Assembly (NCBI GenBank): GCA_039208735.1
Contig: JBCCQY010000107.1
Span: 1 to 31,591, forward strand
DNA from: Myxococcota bacterium
Lineage (GTDB): Bacteria; Myxococcota_A; UBA796; GCA-2862545
Direction: 5' to 3'
DNA: 31,591 nt
In this document: positions 8,774 through 17,891 of the stretch, piece after piece
Position numbering within the stretch: position 1 is the first letter of the stretch
Layout of the letters: each line of letters opens with the position of its first letter
Program-made: the position numbers and the translations under genes
The notes under the pieces: model-generated
What the model saw: only the letters and a program-made list of their open reading frames with translations
What the model was told of the DNA's origin: nothing
Databases searched by the model: none

Positions 8774-9786
8774 ACCTCGACGACTTCAATCCCGATTCTG
8801 GAGCCGAGGATCCCCGTTTGCTCTTCGGGCTGCCCCATGGCCCCGAGCACGCCCGTGTGGTGGTGATCCCTGTGCCCTTCGAAGCCACGACCAGCTACGG
8901 CCATGGCACGTCGAACGCGCCGCGCCGCATCCTCGCCACGTCGGTCCAGGTCGACCTTCGCGACGACTGGGTCGGGGAGCCTTGGCGCGAGGGCATGGCG
9001 ATGCTGCCCATTCCCAAAGCCATCGAAGCGCTCGATGCAAAAGCGCGCGCGCTGATCGCGGAACGCACCGAGGAGGGCCCACCGGTCGATGACGCCGATC
9101 GACAGCGCGTCGAAACCATCAATGCGTGTGGGGCCCAGGTCAATGCATGGCTGCGAGCCCAGACCGACGCCTTGTTCGATCAAGGGCGGATTCCCGGTGC
9201 GCTTGGGGGCGACCACTCCATCAGCTTCGGGGCCATCGAGGCCGCGGCCGCTCGCGTACCCGGCTTGGGCCTCCTCCACATCGACGCCCATGCCGATCTG
9301 CGCGAGGCGTACCACGGTTACACCTGGTCGCATGCTTCGATCCTGTTCAACGTGCACGAACGGCTCGATGTTCCGAGCATCGTGAGCGTAGGCCTACGCG
9401 ATTACTCGCCCATCGAAGGTCGGCGGCTCGAAGAGTCACCTCGCTTTCATCCATTTACCGACCGGCAGCTCGCCGAACATCGCCTAGCGGGGCGCCCCTT
9501 CTCGGCCTTCATCGACTCGATTCTTGCCAAGCTTCCCGAGCACATCTGGATCACGTTCGACGTCGACGGTCTCGATCCCACGCTGTGCCCGAACACCGGC
9601 ACTCCGGTACCCGGAGGCCTGCGCTACGACGAGGTCAACGTGCTGCTGCACCGGGTTGCATCGGCGCGCCGCATCGTTGGATTCGACCTCACCGAGGTGG
9701 GGGACGGCGAATGGGACGCTAACGTCGGGGCTCGGCTGCTCTACAAGCTCGCGGGGCACGCCATCCACAGCCAGAATCGAGACTGA
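8770..9786 (+). CDS. Agmatinase / ureohydrolase (arginase family)
   Basis: GGDHSI, DAHADL, SHAS, FDVDGLDP..PNTGTPVPGGL, FDLTEV; ATGA overlap with the kinase stop. Confidence 0.9.
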   Translation: MNLDDFNPDSGAEDPRLLFGLPHGPEHARVVVIPVPFEATTSYGHGTSNAPRRILATSVQVDLRDDWVGEPWREGMAMLPIPKAIEALDAKARALIAERTEEGPPVDDADRQRVETINACGAQVNAWLRAQTDALFDQGRIPGALGGDHSISFGAIEAAAARVPGLGLLHIDAHADLREAYHGYTWSHASILFNVHERLDVPSIVSVGLRDYSPIEGRRLEESPRFHPFTDRQLAEHRLAGRPFSAFIDSILAKLPEHIWITFDVDGLDPTLCPNTGTPVPGGLRYDEVNVLLHRVASARRIVGFDLTEVGDGEWDANVGARLLYKLAGHAIHSQNRD

Positions 9787-9853
9787 CACCCGGGCGATAC
9801 CCACCCCGCCGCCCTGACGCCGAAGTGCCTTCGTCGAAATCGGAGGGGCTACC

Positions 9854-12586
9854 GTGGTTGCGTGGGTTTGCCTTTCGGCCTTCGCCGGGTCTGCCGGCGA
9901 GCGAGTCCATCCCCCCACGGTCGACCCGCTGGTCACCACAAAACGAAGCCCAACGCTCTCGGGCACGCTCGACCCTCGGAGCATCGCCCTCCGGGTTCGC
10001 ATCCGCGGCACCTATGCGCTGCCCGGAACCCAAGGCCTCCATCATGAAGCGGGACGCTGGACGCTCGACCTGGAAGCGGCGTGGTTGAGCCTTCCCGAGG
10101 GCCGCCATGACGTTGTGGTCGAGGCCCAGGGGCCCGATGGGCGTTGGGTCACCGACCCCACCCGATTCGAAGTCGAGGTCGACCGTACGCCGCCTCCTGC
10201 CCCTACGGTCACGGCCAAGCGCACCGCGGATTCACCATCCCACCTCGACGGCCACTACGATCCCCAACAGGCCAAGCTCCTGACCGTGACGGTGGCGGGC
10301 CGCCGCTTCCCACAGGAGCACAAGGCGCTACGGCTTGATCCGGCCCGTCGGCGGTGGCGACTTGATCTGCGAAAGGCAGGCCTGCGCTTGCCCTCCGGCC
10401 ACCATGAAGTCATCGCTGTCGTGACCGATGCCGCGGGCCTCAAAGCGGCGGACACCACCCGACTCGAACTCGTCATCGTCACGGACCGGGATGGTGACGG
10501 CGTACCTGCCGAGGTCGAAGCGCGCTACGGCACACGCGACGACCGGGTGGACACCGATCACGATGGACTCCCTGACCGTGCCGAAATCCGTTGGTGGGGT
10601 ACCGACCCCCAGATTGCCGACACCGACCGCGATGGCCTCACCGACGGCGAAGAGGCGCTTCGCGACACCGACCCCCAAAGCCCCGACACCGACGGCGACG
10701 GTCTGTCGGACGGGGCCGAGATTCGCACGGACCCCCGGACCGCTGACACCGACCACGACGGTCTCGCCGATGGAGACGAGGACGTCAATGGCGACGGCCA
10801 CACCGACGAGCAAGAGACCGACCCGACCAATCCCGACTGCGATCACGATGGACTGCCCGATGGCGCCGAGTACGTGTTTGGGAGTCATCCCCTTTGGCCG
10901 GACACCGACGGCGGCGGGCAGCCCGATGGAGCCGAGGTTCTCGAGGGCCGCGATCCGACCGATCCCCGCGATGATCCCGTGGACCAAGACGGCGATGGCC
11001 TCGACGATCCGTCCGAAGTTCGGCGCTACGGGACGTCACCCCAGCTGGCCGATACCGACGGCGACGGCCTTGACGATGGCGTCGAGGTGCGCCGAACCCG
11101 GACCGATCCCACCCGTCGCGACTCGGATCGCGATGGATTGCTCGATGCCGAGGAGGACAAGCGAGGAACCGCCCCGACCAACGCTGACTCCGATGGGGAC
11201 GGACTTATCGATGGGGCCGAGGTCTTCCTTTGGTACACCGATCCCACCCATCGCGACACCGACCGCGACGGGTGGACCGATCACCACGAGGTCACCACGA
11301 CACACACGGACCCCACCCTCGCGGACACCGATGGTGATGGAATCATCGATCCATCCGAAGGTGCGTTCGGGAGTGACCCATACCACCCCGACTCCGATGG
11401 GGATGGGCGACTCGACGGAGACGAGGTCTACCTCATCGCCACCGATCCCGCGGACTGGGACACCGATGCCGACCAAATCGGCGACGGCGCAGAACTTGCG
11501 GTCGGCCGGTCGCCCTACGTTCCCGAGGTCCGAGGGAATCGGCCGGACCGTGACAAAGACGGGCTGTGGGATGGGGATGAAGCAGCCTGGGGTACCGATT
11601 CGGAGCGCTCCGATACCGATGGCGACGGGCTGTCGGACTTTGATGAGATCGATGGTGTGGGCTCAGACCCACGGCTCGCCGACACCGATGGCGATGGGTG
11701 GACGGATGGCGCAGAGCTGCTGGTTCACCTGACCGATCCGCGACGCATCGACACCGATGGCGATGGCCTTTCCGATCCCTCGGAACACTTCGTGCACGGC
11801 ACGTCGCCAAGCCTCCACGACACCGACGGGGACGGGCTCTCCGATGGCATGGAGTTGCGGATCTGGGGCTCGGATCCCCGTCGGATCGACTCCGATGACG
11901 ATGGCCTTCCGGATGGTGAAGAGGTTCGCATCGGCAGTGAGCCGCGCGCTCGCGATACCGACCATGATGGTCTGTCGGACTACGATGAGGTGCACGTCTA
12001 CTTCACCGACCCTGACCTGCCCGACACCGACAACGGCTCGGTGCTCGATGGGGTCGAGGTGGAGCGCGGGACGGACCCTCGCGACTACATCGACGACATC
12101 CGACCTGACCCGTGGGATGGGGATGGAGATGGCCTTTCGTGGGAGCAAGAACGCCTCTTGCGGTCCTCACCAGACCGGTTCGACACCGATGATGACGAAC
12201 TCGACGATGGCTTCGAATGCCGGATTAGCCGAACCCGACCTCAGGATCCGGACTCGGATGATGATGGCTGGTCGGATGGCGAGGAACGGCGGCGGGGTAC
12301 GCATCCCCTGCGGGGCGATACCGATGGTGACGGGCTCCCAGACCCCGCGGAGGGTCCTCTCGGAACGGACCCGACCCATCCCGACACTGATGGGGACCAG
12401 CTGCCCGATGGCGAAGAGCTGTTTGTGACCCGAACCGACCCGACCAATCCTGATACCGATGCAGATGGACTGGCCGATGCCATCGAAGTGCACTGGTGGA
12501 TGTCGGATCCGCTGAACCTTGACTCCGATGGCGACGACGTTCCCGACGCGGCCGAGGTCGACCAAGGAACGTTGGGGAGTCCTTGA
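9854..12586 (+). CDS. Secreted/surface protein: two Ig-like repeats + ~30 Ca-binding DxDxDG (TSP3/PA-like) repeats
   Basis: Short hydrophobic N-terminus; two ~100-aa PTV...RWxLDL..LPxGxH repeats; then D[TS]DxDGLxDGxE...TDP units of 20-24 aa; GGAGGGG RBS. Confidence 0.85.
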   Translation: MVAWVCLSAFAGSAGERVHPPTVDPLVTTKRSPTLSGTLDPRSIALRVRIRGTYALPGTQGLHHEAGRWTLDLEAAWLSLPEGRHDVVVEAQGPDGRWVTDPTRFEVEVDRTPPPAPTVTAKRTADSPSHLDGHYDPQQAKLLTVTVAGRRFPQEHKALRLDPARRRWRLDLRKAGLRLPSGHHEVIAVVTDAAGLKAADTTRLELVIVTDRDGDGVPAEVEARYGTRDDRVDTDHDGLPDRAEIRWWGTDPQIADTDRDGLTDGEEALRDTDPQSPDTDGDGLSDGAEIRTDPRTADTDHDGLADGDEDVNGDGHTDEQETDPTNPDCDHDGLPDGAEYVFGSHPLWPDTDGGGQPDGAEVLEGRDPTDPRDDPVDQDGDGLDDPSEVRRYGTSPQLADTDGDGLDDGVEVRRTRTDPTRRDSDRDGLLDAEEDKRGTAPTNADSDGDGLIDGAEVFLWYTDPTHRDTDRDGWTDHHEVTTTHTDPTLADTDGDGIIDPSEGAFGSDPYHPDSDGDGRLDGDEVYLIATDPADWDTDADQIGDGAELAVGRSPYVPEVRGNRPDRDKDGLWDGDEAAWGTDSERSDTDGDGLSDFDEIDGVGSDPRLADTDGDGWTDGAELLVHLTDPRRIDTDGDGLSDPSEHFVHGTSPSLHDTDGDGLSDGMELRIWGSDPRRIDSDDDGLPDGEEVRIGSEPRARDTDHDGLSDYDEVHVYFTDPDLPDTDNGSVLDGVEVERGTDPRDYIDDIRPDPWDGDGDGLSWEQERLLRSSPDRFDTDDDELDDGFECRISRTRPQDPDSDDDGWSDGEERRRGTHPLRGDTDGDGLPDPAEGPLGTDPTHPDTDGDQLPDGEELFVTRTDPTNPDTDADGLADAIEVHWWMSDPLNLDSDGDDVPDAAEVDQGTLGSP

Positions 12587-12663
12587 TGAAGCCTGGCTGA
12601 TCCCGCGAAGCCTTCAGCCCTCCGGTGACGGCCCGATGAGGGATCAGGGCGGAGGACCTAGCC

Positions 12664-13638
12664 ATGGACGGGGGAGCAGAGGTCGAGACCAGCGAAGCAC
12701 AGGTCGACCTGGAATCGGCGACCTCGCTGATCGGCGCCGACTTGTCTGGACGAGATTTATCGGGCGTCGATTGGTCTCATCGGGACTTGTCCAGAGCGAA
12801 CCTCACGGGGGCCTCGCTCGTGGGGGCCAAGCTTGAAGGGGCGGTGCTGTTCCAGGCCCGGCTGGATGGCGCAGAACTGGCTGGCGCCAACCTCTCAGGC
12901 GCCAACCTGGCCGAAGCGAGCGCCCTACGAGCCGGACTCGGCCGGACCGGCCTTCAAAGCGCAAACCTCGCGGGAGCCCAGCTTCAAGGCAGCACCCTGT
13001 CCGGTGCCGACCTCACCGATGCCGACCTTCGCGCGGCGAGCCTCGACGACGTGCGGCTGTTGCGGGCCAAGCTCACCCGGGCAGACCTCGGTCGGGCCAG
13101 TCTCCGCCGGGTTGAAATGGCCGACTGCAACGTCTCGGGGGCGTCGTTTCGTCACGCGGACCTCCGTGACAGCCGGATTCGTGGGGCCTCAGGCTACGAC
13201 ACGACCGATTGGGTGGGGGCGGACTTCCGAAATGCCGACCTGTGTGGTTCGTACCTGCTCCGTCGCTTCGCCCACGACCAGAACTTCATCGAGGAGTTCA
13301 AAAGCCAATCGCCTGCTCACGCCTTTGCGTACGTGGTGTGGAAGGTAACGAGCGATTGTGGTCGTTCGACCAGCCGATGGGCACTGTGGACCTTTGCTCT
13401 TGCCTTTGGCTACGCGCTGCTCTACACCCGTCTGCCCATCAACTTTGGGCCCTACGAAACCGTACTTTCGCCTTTGTACTTCTCGGTCGTGACGCTGACC
13501 ACGCTTGGCTACGGGGACGCCCTTCCGACCAACATCATTTCTCAGCTCGTCGTGATGTCGGAGGTGTTCGTTGGGTACTTCATGCTCGGCGGCCTGCTGA
13601 CCCTGCTCTCCAACAAAATGGCCCGTCGGGCCGAGTAA
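12664..13638 (+). CDS. Pentapeptide-repeat protein fused to a 2-TM K+ channel pore domain
   Basis: A[DN]LxG-type pentapeptide repeats over the first ~200 aa; C-terminal TM, LYFSVVTLTTLGYGD selectivity filter, TM; GGAGG RBS. Confidence 0.9.
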   Translation: MDGGAEVETSEAQVDLESATSLIGADLSGRDLSGVDWSHRDLSRANLTGASLVGAKLEGAVLFQARLDGAELAGANLSGANLAEASALRAGLGRTGLQSANLAGAQLQGSTLSGADLTDADLRAASLDDVRLLRAKLTRADLGRASLRRVEMADCNVSGASFRHADLRDSRIRGASGYDTTDWVGADFRNADLCGSYLLRRFAHDQNFIEEFKSQSPAHAFAYVVWKVTSDCGRSTSRWALWTFALAFGYALLYTRLPINFGPYETVLSPLYFSVVTLTTLGYGDALPTNIISQLVVMSEVFVGYFMLGGLLTLLSNKMARRAE

Positions 13639-13653
13639 GTCGCCGGAGTCCAC

Positions 13654-14475
13654 ATGTTGCGAGGGACGAAACGTTGGTTTGCCCGCACGCCTCGGGCCGA
13701 ACTCACCGAAGCCCTCGGTGAGTCGAAAATCCCGAGCTTTCGCTCCAACATCATGCGGCTGCTCAAGCAGCTTCGCGACGAAAGCGCGACGCACTCCATC
13801 ATCGCGCGCACCGCTGAAGCGGATCCAGGTCTCACCGTTGAAATCATGCGTACGGTCAACTCGCCCGCATACGGCCTGCACCGGAAGGTGAACAGCGTTC
13901 AGCACGCCATCAGCCTTCTCGGCCGTTCCGAACTCGAGACGCTGACGCTCACGGTAGCCGCTCGTAAGGTCATTCCCCCCAGTCGCCACGCAGACCGTCG
14001 CTTTTGGCATCTCGCTGCCCGCCGCGCGGCCATCGCGCGGGCCCTGGCCGAAAAGGTCAGCCCCTCCTTGGCGAGCGTGTCGTTTTCCGCGGGTCTGCTC
14101 CAAGACCTGGCGATTCCTTTGCTCGCCGATGCACGTCCGTCCTACGCCGAACTGCTGCGCGAGACCGAAGGGGAAGCGCTCGTGGCCGTGGAGCGCGAGA
14201 CGTACGGCTTCGATCACCCTGAGGTTGCGGGCTGGCTCTGCGAATGCTGGGGGTTTCCGGAGGCCTTGCAGGAGGCCATCTCGAGTCATCACGGAGGTGC
14301 GGACGCACCAGTACCCGTCCAACTCGTTGCGTTGATCGACCGCGCCAACCTCGACCACCCCGAAGAGATCATCGAGGAAGCGCACGATCGATTTGGGCTA
14401 TCCCGCGAGCTCATCGACCAGGCCGTCGAGGCAGGACGTCGAGATGGTGACGCGTTGGCGCTGTTGCTGAAGTAG
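13654..14475 (+). CDS. HDOD domain protein
   Basis: DPGLTVEIMRTVNSPAYGL..KVNSVQHAISLLG, FW, AGLLQDL, ERETYGFDHPEVAGWL..WGFP...HH. Confidence 0.88.
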   Translation: MLRGTKRWFARTPRAELTEALGESKIPSFRSNIMRLLKQLRDESATHSIIARTAEADPGLTVEIMRTVNSPAYGLHRKVNSVQHAISLLGRSELETLTLTVAARKVIPPSRHADRRFWHLAARRAAIARALAEKVSPSLASVSFSAGLLQDLAIPLLADARPSYAELLRETEGEALVAVERETYGFDHPEVAGWLCECWGFPEALQEAISSHHGGADAPVPVQLVALIDRANLDHPEEIIEEAHDRFGLSRELIDQAVEAGRRDGDALALLLK

Positions 14476-14478
14476 CGC

Positions 14479-14991
14479 TCAGCCGAGCGGCCAGGCGCCA
14501 AAGTGCTCGAGTCGATGAAAGTTAGGCCCGTCACCCGGCACCGGAGCCCACGCAAAGAACCGCCGCTTCGGTCCCACGCCCGCAATCCGAAAGGCGTTGG
14601 CCGTCCGCCGGTCCGCGGGCAAGTGGCGCTTTGCAATTCGAGCCCGGCCCGTCCAACGATCGCCTTGAATGGTGGGAGCAAACTCGATGGTGATGCCCTT
14701 GTCGACCGCCTGACGAATCCCCTCGAGACGCAGGACCCAGTGATGGCCGTGGGGTGAAAGCTCGATCTCGGTGTAGGTCTCGCCCTCCCCGACCACAAAG
14801 AGTTCGACGACTTCATGTTCCCAGAGTCGGTCGGTCGGACCGATGGGCGCGGTGGGAGCCGGGTCGCCCTGGAACGGGGCATCGACATCGATGACGAGTT
14901 CGTCGCCCTCCCAAGCGAGGCGCAAGCTGGCGCATTCGTCGGTCGGAAGCGGCGTCCCGTCCCACAATTTGTCGATGGAAAGCTCGGTCAT
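14479..14991 (-). CDS. UPF0462/C4orf33-like protein (DOMON/CBM9-like beta sandwich)
   Basis: WDG..P; APF.GDP; LWEHEVVELF; YTEIELSPHGHH.VL.L.G.R; W.G.A; NAF.I.G; PNFHRLEHF. These blocks are colinear with human C4orf33 as I recall that sequence. Confidence 0.75.
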   Translation of the reverse strand: MTELSIDKLWDGTPLPTDECASLRLAWEGDELVIDVDAPFQGDPAPTAPIGPTDRLWEHEVVELFVVGEGETYTEIELSPHGHHWVLRLEGIRQAVDKGITIEFAPTIQGDRWTGRARIAKRHLPADRRTANAFRIAGVGPKRRFFAWAPVPGDGPNFHRLEHFGAWPLG

Positions 14992-16085
14992 CAGCGTCGC
15001 TCCGGGCGAACAGTTGCGATGTCATCGGCCACCGCCCTCAACTGGTCGCCAAAGGCTTCCAGTGCGCTTTGGTGGAGGATGGCCTCGGTCTCGCCCACCG
15101 CCGGCAACGGCGTCGAAGCCGTGATGGTGGTCTCGAGAACCGGCTTACGAGAGGGTGGACAGTACAGCTGGACCGTGGCCGAAATGTCCGTCGCGCTGCC
15201 CGAGGGCTCGAGCCGTGCGCCCAGCTTTTCGCTGTAGTTGACCACCACAATGCCCGTATTGGGATTGTTGCCGTAGGCATCTTGTGGATGAGGAGAGGGG
15301 CCGCCGCGCAGGTCGACCATCAACGTCCGAAGCACCTGAAAGTCCCTGCGCAATTCGACGTTTAGGGTTTGATCGATCTCCTTGCGAACCGCGTAGGTCA
15401 GCGCCGCCCGGTCCGCGAATTCCACAGGCGCTTCGCCCAAGGTCACCACCGGTTGGATTCGGGTGACCCGCAATCGGGCCATCCAGTCCAACGCATCCAA
15501 ACGGTAGCGGCCATCGGCGAATCGATCGAGATAGCGCTGGTACGCCGTCGGGGTGTCACCCTCCACAGCCCGGGCCCACGCGGCTTCTTCACGTGCTTGG
15601 CGTGCATCCTCGGCCCACCGGCCCTCGGGGTAGCGCACGAGATAGCGCCCCCATGCATCCTCGGTGCCTTCGGTCACCGCAAGACGGTGCCACGCTTCCT
15701 CGATACGACGCTCCACCTTGGCTTTTCGCTCACTCGATGGGTACTGCACCAGGAAGGCAAGGAGGGCTTCGGGCGTCCCTACGGCCTCCGCTTCGGCCAG
15801 CGCCAAGGCTTCGGCCCGCTCCCGTGCCTCGGCGGCATGGGGCCCCGTGGGATGCGCGCCCAGATAGCTGCCGTAGGCCCCTGGCGTGTCGGTGGCTTTG
15901 GCGAAGATCCAGTCGAGGCGTTCGGCCCGTTCCATCGCAAGGGGAACCTTCGACGAACCCGGGTTGGCCGACACAAAGCTGCGGTAGGCCTCGCCCGTGT
16001 TCAACGACTGGGCCCGTCGCCAGTCGCGTCCTGCACACGCCGTCCATGCAGCAAGAACGCACATCATCGCGACGAATCGGATCAT
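14991..16085 (-). CDS. Putative lipoprotein with ~5 helical AY..YL..YP.G..A..AR repeats
   Basis: Signal peptide ending AWTAC; repeats AYRSFVSANP, AYGSYLGAHPTG, LLAFLVQYPSS, AWGRYLVRYPEG, AYQRYLDRFADG; TGATG overlap with the downstream gene. Confidence 0.75.
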   Translation of the reverse strand: MIRFVAMMCVLAAWTACAGRDWRRAQSLNTGEAYRSFVSANPGSSKVPLAMERAERLDWIFAKATDTPGAYGSYLGAHPTGPHAAEARERAEALALAEAEAVGTPEALLAFLVQYPSSERKAKVERRIEEAWHRLAVTEGTEDAWGRYLVRYPEGRWAEDARQAREEAAWARAVEGDTPTAYQRYLDRFADGRYRLDALDWMARLRVTRIQPVVTLGEAPVEFADRAALTYAVRKEIDQTLNVELRRDFQVLRTLMVDLRGGPSPHPQDAYGNNPNTGIVVVNYSEKLGARLEPSGSATDISATVQLYCPPSRKPVLETTITASTPLPAVGETEAILHQSALEAFGDQLRAVADDIATVRPERR

Positions 16086-16144
16086 GAGAGTCTCCGTTCC
16101 GATACTGGGTAGCCCGGGAGACTGCCATCGCTCGACCTCTCACT

Positions 16145-16849
16145 GTGCTCGCCGAATCTGAACGCTGGCTTGTGGTCGCGAAACCCTCGGGTCTTCCTGT
16201 TCATCGCTCGGCAATGGTCAACGAACGCCGCACCCTGATCAGGATCGCCAAGCGACAATTCGGGGCGTCGGTGGCTCCTGTGCATCGCCTCGACCGTGCC
16301 ACCTCGGGATGCCTGCTGCTTTCGCGCGATGCCGCCACCACCGCCCGATTGCAGGCGGCAATGGCCCGCGGCACCAAGCGGTACCTCGCGTTCGTGCGTG
16401 GCGCAGTGCGGGACTTCGACGAGATGCACGTCACCACCCCGGTCAAGGACGAGCGCAAGGGCCTTCAGTCCGCCGAGAGCTACATCCGCCCCGTTGGCAC
16501 AAGCCAGGACCCACGCTGTTCCTTGCTGCTCGTTCGCCCCATCACCGGGCGCAACCACCAGGTCCGGCGACACTGTCGTGACCTGCATCATCCGGTGATT
16601 GGCGATGGCCAGCATGGCGACACCCGGGTCAACCGTTGGTGGCGAGAGCACTACGCGATGCCTCGCTTAGGGCTGCACTGCCTCTCGATGTCGCTCGAGA
16701 CCGACGAGGACGGCGTCGTTGATGCAACGTGTCCCGTCCCGCCAGACCTGATGGCCGTGTTCGAACAGATGCCGTGGTTTGACCATGCGGTACGAGAAGT
16801 CCCCGAGATGCTGAGCCCTGCCGCCCACGGTAGAGACGCGGAGTCATGA
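16145..16849 (+). CDS. RluA-family pseudouridine synthase, TruC-like
   Basis: KPSGLPVH, VHRLDRATSG (catalytic Asp), TGRNHQVRRH, HPVIGDGQHGD, LHC; no S4 domain. Start uncertain. Confidence 0.88.
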   Translation: MLAESERWLVVAKPSGLPVHRSAMVNERRTLIRIAKRQFGASVAPVHRLDRATSGCLLLSRDAATTARLQAAMARGTKRYLAFVRGAVRDFDEMHVTTPVKDERKGLQSAESYIRPVGTSQDPRCSLLLVRPITGRNHQVRRHCRDLHHPVIGDGQHGDTRVNRWWREHYAMPRLGLHCLSMSLETDEDGVVDATCPVPPDLMAVFEQMPWFDHAVREVPEMLSPAAHGRDAES

Positions 16850-17328
16850 CACGCATCCTCGATCGGATCGACCATTTCACCCAAGCGCTCCTCGACCGCC
16901 CGTGGCCCTGGTGGCTGTGGCCGACGATGATGCTTGGCATGGGCCTTATCGCATGGGTGGCAAGCCTCGGCCTGCATCCGGGGCCCGACGAGTTCGTGTA
17001 CTTCCCGAACGGCACGCGGTTTGGTGACACCTGCGGCCTCATCGTGGCCACGGGCTTTCCCTGTCCGCAATGCGGGATGACGCGCAGCTGGGTCTACGCG
17101 GCGCGGTTCGACTTCTTGACGGCCTTCTTCTACAGCCCTGGTGGATTCGCCCTGTTCTGGTGGGTTCAGGTCGGGGCCGTAATCGGTCTCGTGCGACTGG
17201 TGACCCGTAATCCAATCGCGCTCGCGCCACCGTTCGCCCTTTCGGCGGGCTGGTCGGTGATCTGGCTCGTGGGCCTGTACGCGCTGCCCTGGGCCCTTCG
17301 ACTCGCAGGAATAAACGAGCTGCCGTAA
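16846..17328 (+). CDS. DUF2752 family membrane protein
   Basis: C..x..TGFPCPQCGMTRS motif between TM helices; ATGA overlap with the upstream gene. Confidence 0.8.
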   Translation: MTRILDRIDHFTQALLDRPWPWWLWPTMMLGMGLIAWVASLGLHPGPDEFVYFPNGTRFGDTCGLIVATGFPCPQCGMTRSWVYAARFDFLTAFFYSPGGFALFWWVQVGAVIGLVRLVTRNPIALAPPFALSAGWSVIWLVGLYALPWALRLAGINELP

Positions 17329-17336
17329 AATACGGG

Positions 17337-17891
17337 GTGATGTCTGCCTTAACGACCCCGCCTGACCTGACCATTGCCTGGAACCCCGACGGATTGTTCG
17401 CACGTGCGACAAACGAACGCGATCATCCGGTCTCGACCGTGTTTTGGTTTCTTGCCGCCTTCTGGAGTGGATTGTACGCGATGCCCCTTGGCATGGCGGT
17501 CGGCACCTCCCATGTGACCTTGGCCTGCCTCGTGCTCGCCTTGTTCGCCGGATGGATGGCCCGGACGCGAGCCCCCCGCGCCCTCGAGATTCATGGCGAT
17601 GCACTCACGTTTCGGGGCTTTGACCGCACGCGTGTGCCCCTCGACCAGGTCGTGGACGTCCAAGTCGAAGGGGACCGCTTAACCGTCGCGATGGATGGAG
17701 GAGAGCCCCTGTGGCTGTGGGTGGGCAGCTGGTCCCGGCCCGCTCGCACTTGGGCCGCCACCATCATCGAGCAAGCGGCCCGCCGCGTGCGAAACGCCCG
17801 CGAGTTCGACGAGCAGGCCGAAGCGGTCGCCCGGCAGTCCCTGGCTGGCCTTCGAAACCTCAAGCGCCCAATCGACACCACGCGACCTTGA
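17337..17891 (+). CDS. Hypothetical membrane protein (2 TM + beta-rich domain)
   Basis: Co-oriented, 8 bp after the DUF2752 gene; architecture resembles 5770-6342. Confidence 0.65.
   Translation: MMSALTTPPDLTIAWNPDGLFARATNERDHPVSTVFWFLAAFWSGLYAMPLGMAVGTSHVTLACLVLALFAGWMARTRAPRALEIHGDALTFRGFDRTRVPLDQVVDVQVEGDRLTVAMDGGEPLWLWVGSWSRPARTWAATIIEQAARRVRNAREFDEQAEAVARQSLAGLRNLKRPIDTTRP

Noticed and set aside
10480..12560. DNA-level repeat array or contingency locus
   Set aside because: Recurring GACACCGAC/GATGG words simply encode diverged protein repeats.
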